A stretch of DNA of 59,876 nt, the filler included. It is 4 parts of 4 records of this genome, joined end to end, with 100 filler letters (N's around TTAATTAATTAA, not from the genome) between each part and the next. Parts side by side here need not be neighbours in the genome. Positions count along the whole stretch, not along the records: positions 43,530 to 59,876 come from SRR31156797_705; 3 more parts are not named here. The stretch is one strand, 5' to 3'. Numbering within the stretch: the first letter of the stretch is position 1; every line of letters begins with the position of its first letter. A program made the translations under genes and the position numbers. The notes under the pieces were generated by a model. That model had not been told where the DNA came from. It ran no database searches and saw only the letters and a list, made by a program, of their open reading frames with translations. Shown in pieces: positions 57,650 through 59,876 of the stretch.

Positions 57650-59876
57650 CTAGTGTTTGACAATCCGCTCATTAATTACCTGGCCGTTAACTGTGATGTT
57701 CAAAATGTAAACGCCTTCAGGCAAGTCCTTGATCTGAACAGAAGTCTGCTCATCATCAATTCCCTGGGTCATCATCAAGCGACCATCCATGTTATAAATT
57801 TGAATCATACCATCCTGGTCAGGTTCAACATTAAGCAAGATTGTAAAAGCAGAATGCGCCGGATTCGGGAATACCTTCACATTCATTTCTTCCACAGATG
57901 TTAATCCAGGACCGATGGAAGTAGTGTTATGGAACTTCACGATTCTTGACAATCCGCCATCAGCAAATACCGGTGAGTTATCAGGCAATGCATGATCAAA
58001 TTCATAATCCAGTATTGTCTCAATTCCGCTTTCACTATCCATGAGCCGCAATTCTATGTATTCACCATCAACCATTCCGTCAACTGCCGGAGTGAGGTTA
58101 TCATCTCCAAAGACAATAAGGCTTAGGTTTTCATCCTTATTATCTATCTTACTGTAACCAACGCAAATTCCATCGTTATTAAAAGCAGCAATTAAATTGC
58201 CGGCCTCAAATCCAGCAAGAACATCAGCATAAATAGAAATGATATGATGTGAAGTTGTGCGATGTACATCAAACAGGGCCTGGTTAACAGGCATCATTTC
58301 GTTTTCGATAACAGCAGTTTTTGTATCACATTCAGGATAGGTTATGGTGGCATCCTGGTTCATCGAAATGAGGTAACCCCTACCCGGCCTCAGTGTTTCA
58401 AGTGTAAAGATTCCTCCTCCCGGCCAGTACACAGTTTGTTCCTGTAAATCAAATGCATACTTAAACTGGCCTGTTATCTGGTCAAAGATTTCAAATGATG
58501 GAATATCACATTCCGAAAGCATAGGAACGATATTCGGCCCCTCGTATAACTGGATAGATTTGTCAGTAACAGGATCTCCAAACACGACCAGTTGATCATC
58601 CACATTCATTTTGATCTTATAGCCGGAATACGGGCTCAAATCGCCAATGGTATTTACACCCTGACTTGGCCAGAATATTCCATCTCCATCAAGCATAAAG
58701 TAAACCGTATTACATGCAATTTCCTCTGCAAAGGCTTCCTCAAGAGGCAGGTTGCCAGTTTCAATATACGTTGACAAATAAGACCAACCGGTTGGAATAT
58801 GCATTGCCTGTCCTGCAATATTATCGACTATCTCAACGCTAACCGGAAATAAAATTTCAGGGGTAGCCGGATCGTTGGTAGTTACAAGAATTTCAGCCTG
58901 GTAGAGACCGATTATCAAATCATCCACGTCAATCAGCAGGTCGATGAACCCGGTTGAACGCGGTGGCACTGTTCCAACCTGTGGAACAATTTCAGTGATC
59001 CATGCCTCATCCACTTCGACTTCGAAATCAAGATCAACAAATCCAAGGTTGTCAAGCCTGATTTTCCTGTTAACAGCCTGATCCCTTTCCAACATCAGAT
59101 TAATACATGATGGGAAAGGTTCAACCTCGGGGATGGTGGGGAGCAAGGTGAGCGTCATGCAGGATGTAATTTCATCACAACCTTCAAAAGCAACGCCGGT
59201 AATACAAAGTTCAACCATACCCATCTCAACATCCAATGTACCCGGGAAATATGTGGGATTGAGTGTTTCGGGATCATCAAAGGTACCATCTCCTCCGGTT
59301 GACCAATATAATGAAGCAGCATCTGTTGCTGTAGCATTTGCCAAAACGTAAGTCTCATCATTAAAAATCGAATCGTTCACCCCTGCATAAACAATCGGGA
59401 ATGGTGATATCGTGACATTGAATGCGCATGAATACTCGCAGCCAAAATCAGGTTCGGTGTATGTATACAACATTTCAAATTCCCCGAGATCAGTGCACAC
59501 AGGTGTGAAAAAATACGATGTTCCATCGAAGGAAACATATTCACCTTCAAAAATACCTCCCGGAGGATTGATAACATCAAGCTCAGATAAATTTAATGGT
59601 TCGGCATCACAGCACAGAGAAAAGTCTTCAGGACACTGGATATCAACCACCGGTGGCCCCTGAACTGAAAATACTGATGTGCAACTGGCCAACTGATTAC
59701 AATCGTCTGTTGCCACATACTCAATGGAAACATTTCCGCCACCTGCATCAGGAGCAACATAACCGCTAAGGTCTGTAGCTGTTGTATTGCAGCCACCATT
59801 GAAAGCAAATTCACCTATCCAGATATTAAAGGCTGCGTCCACTTCATCCTGGGTTAAACAAGGATTCAGAGTTTCA
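57650..59876 (-). CDS. Large acidic Cys-containing T9SS cargo protein with Ig/HYR-like domains (5' part outside the window)
   Basis: Type A CTD (VKVFPNPA...IQIYNMDG...LPEGVYIL...IVKH); frame stays open to the window edge (ETLNPCLTQDEVDAA). Confidence 0.88.
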   Translation of the reverse strand, partial: ETLNPCLTQDEVDAAFNIWIGEFAFNGGCNTTATDLSGYVAPDAGGGNVSIEYVATDDCNQLASCTSVFSVQGPPVVDIQCPEDFSLCCDAEPLNLSELDVINPPGGIFEGEYVSFDGTSYFFTPVCTDLGEFEMLYTYTEPDFGCEYSCAFNVTISPFPIVYAGVNDSIFNDETYVLANATATDAASLYWSTGGDGTFDDPETLNPTYFPGTLDVEMGMVELCITGVAFEGCDEITSCMTLTLLPTIPEVEPFPSCINLMLERDQAVNRKIRLDNLGFVDLDFEVEVDEAWITEIVPQVGTVPPRSTGFIDLLIDVDDLIIGLYQAEILVTTNDPATPEILFPVSVEIVDNIAGQAMHIPTGWSYLSTYIETGNLPLEEAFAEEIACNTVYFMLDGDGIFWPSQGVNTIGDLSPYSGYKIKMNVDDQLVVFGDPVTDKSIQLYEGPNIVPMLSECDIPSFEIFDQITGQFKYAFDLQEQTVYWPGGGIFTLETLRPGRGYLISMNQDATITYPECDTKTAVIENEMMPVNQALFDVHRTTSHHIISIYADVLAGFEAGNLIAAFNNDGICVGYSKIDNKDENLSLIVFGDDNLTPAVDGMVDGEYIELRLMDSESGIETILDYEFDHALPDNSPVFADGGLSRIVKFHNTTSIGPGLTSVEEMNVKVFPNPAHSAFTILLNVEPDQDGMIQIYNMDGRLMMTQGIDDEQTSVQIKDLPEGVYILNITVNGQVINERIVKH

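Noticed and set aside
57448-57650. tRNA-Met as an integration site for a genomic island
   Set aside because: No integrase and no duplicated tRNA 3' end in view; the tRNA is followed by a normal terminator

Overview
This window is not one locus. It is four separate contigs joined by artificial 100-nt linkers (44 N + TTAATTAATTAA + 44 N) at 17323-17422, 35842-35941 and 43430-43529, so gene neighbourhoods must not be read across them. Contig 1 (1-17322) is very AT-rich and looks like Campylobacterota (Arcobacter-like). It has the end of mgtE, a haem-uptake island (hutX, a PchR/YbtA-like AraC regulator, hutZ/hugZ, hmuTUV-like ABC importer, TonB-dependent receptor, ChaN), folE, a minimal gspE/gspF cluster, era, a collapsed OmpR-family pseudogene and a small Met/His-rich secreted protein. 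Contig 2 (17423-35841) is Bacteroidota core genome (Marinifilaceae-like): hisS, hutH, an ECF sigma/anti-sigma trio, tkt, VWA and transglutaminase-like proteins, ychF, crcB/DUF190, a PafA-like protein, a PPTase, gldD, gldE, ssb, mutY, HU and the start of bS22. Contig 3 (35942-43429) is an accessory Bacteroidota cluster: a membrane-anchored AraC regulator divergent from an acyltransferase-3/ankyrin fusion, a serine hydrolase, a DUF6090-like protein and an MDR oxidoreductase. Contig 4 (43530-59876) is Bacteroidales-like: the 16S rRNA 5' end with three tandem promoters, pepD, DUF3078, two TPR proteins, hypE, a Cys-rich protein, hypA, His-rich hypB, a long pyruvate kinase, tRNA-Met and a T9SS cargo protein. 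The best hidden signals are cis-elements read from the DNA. (1) An identical operator-promoter module (TTCYATTTTAT x2 at 21-bp period, a Fur-like box over TTGATA, a 17-nt spacer, TATAAT) precedes both haem-uptake transcription units, suggesting an AraC-activated haem regulon. (2) An ECF promoter, ATTAAACC-N16-GTCT, is duplicated. (3) A structured leader precedes hutH. (4) Candidate OmpR-type boxes flank the dead response regulator. There is also a PafA homologue that appears to have lost most catalytic ligands. No CRISPR array, transposase or integrase was seen. Taxonomic and family calls come from motif recognition only; no searches were run.
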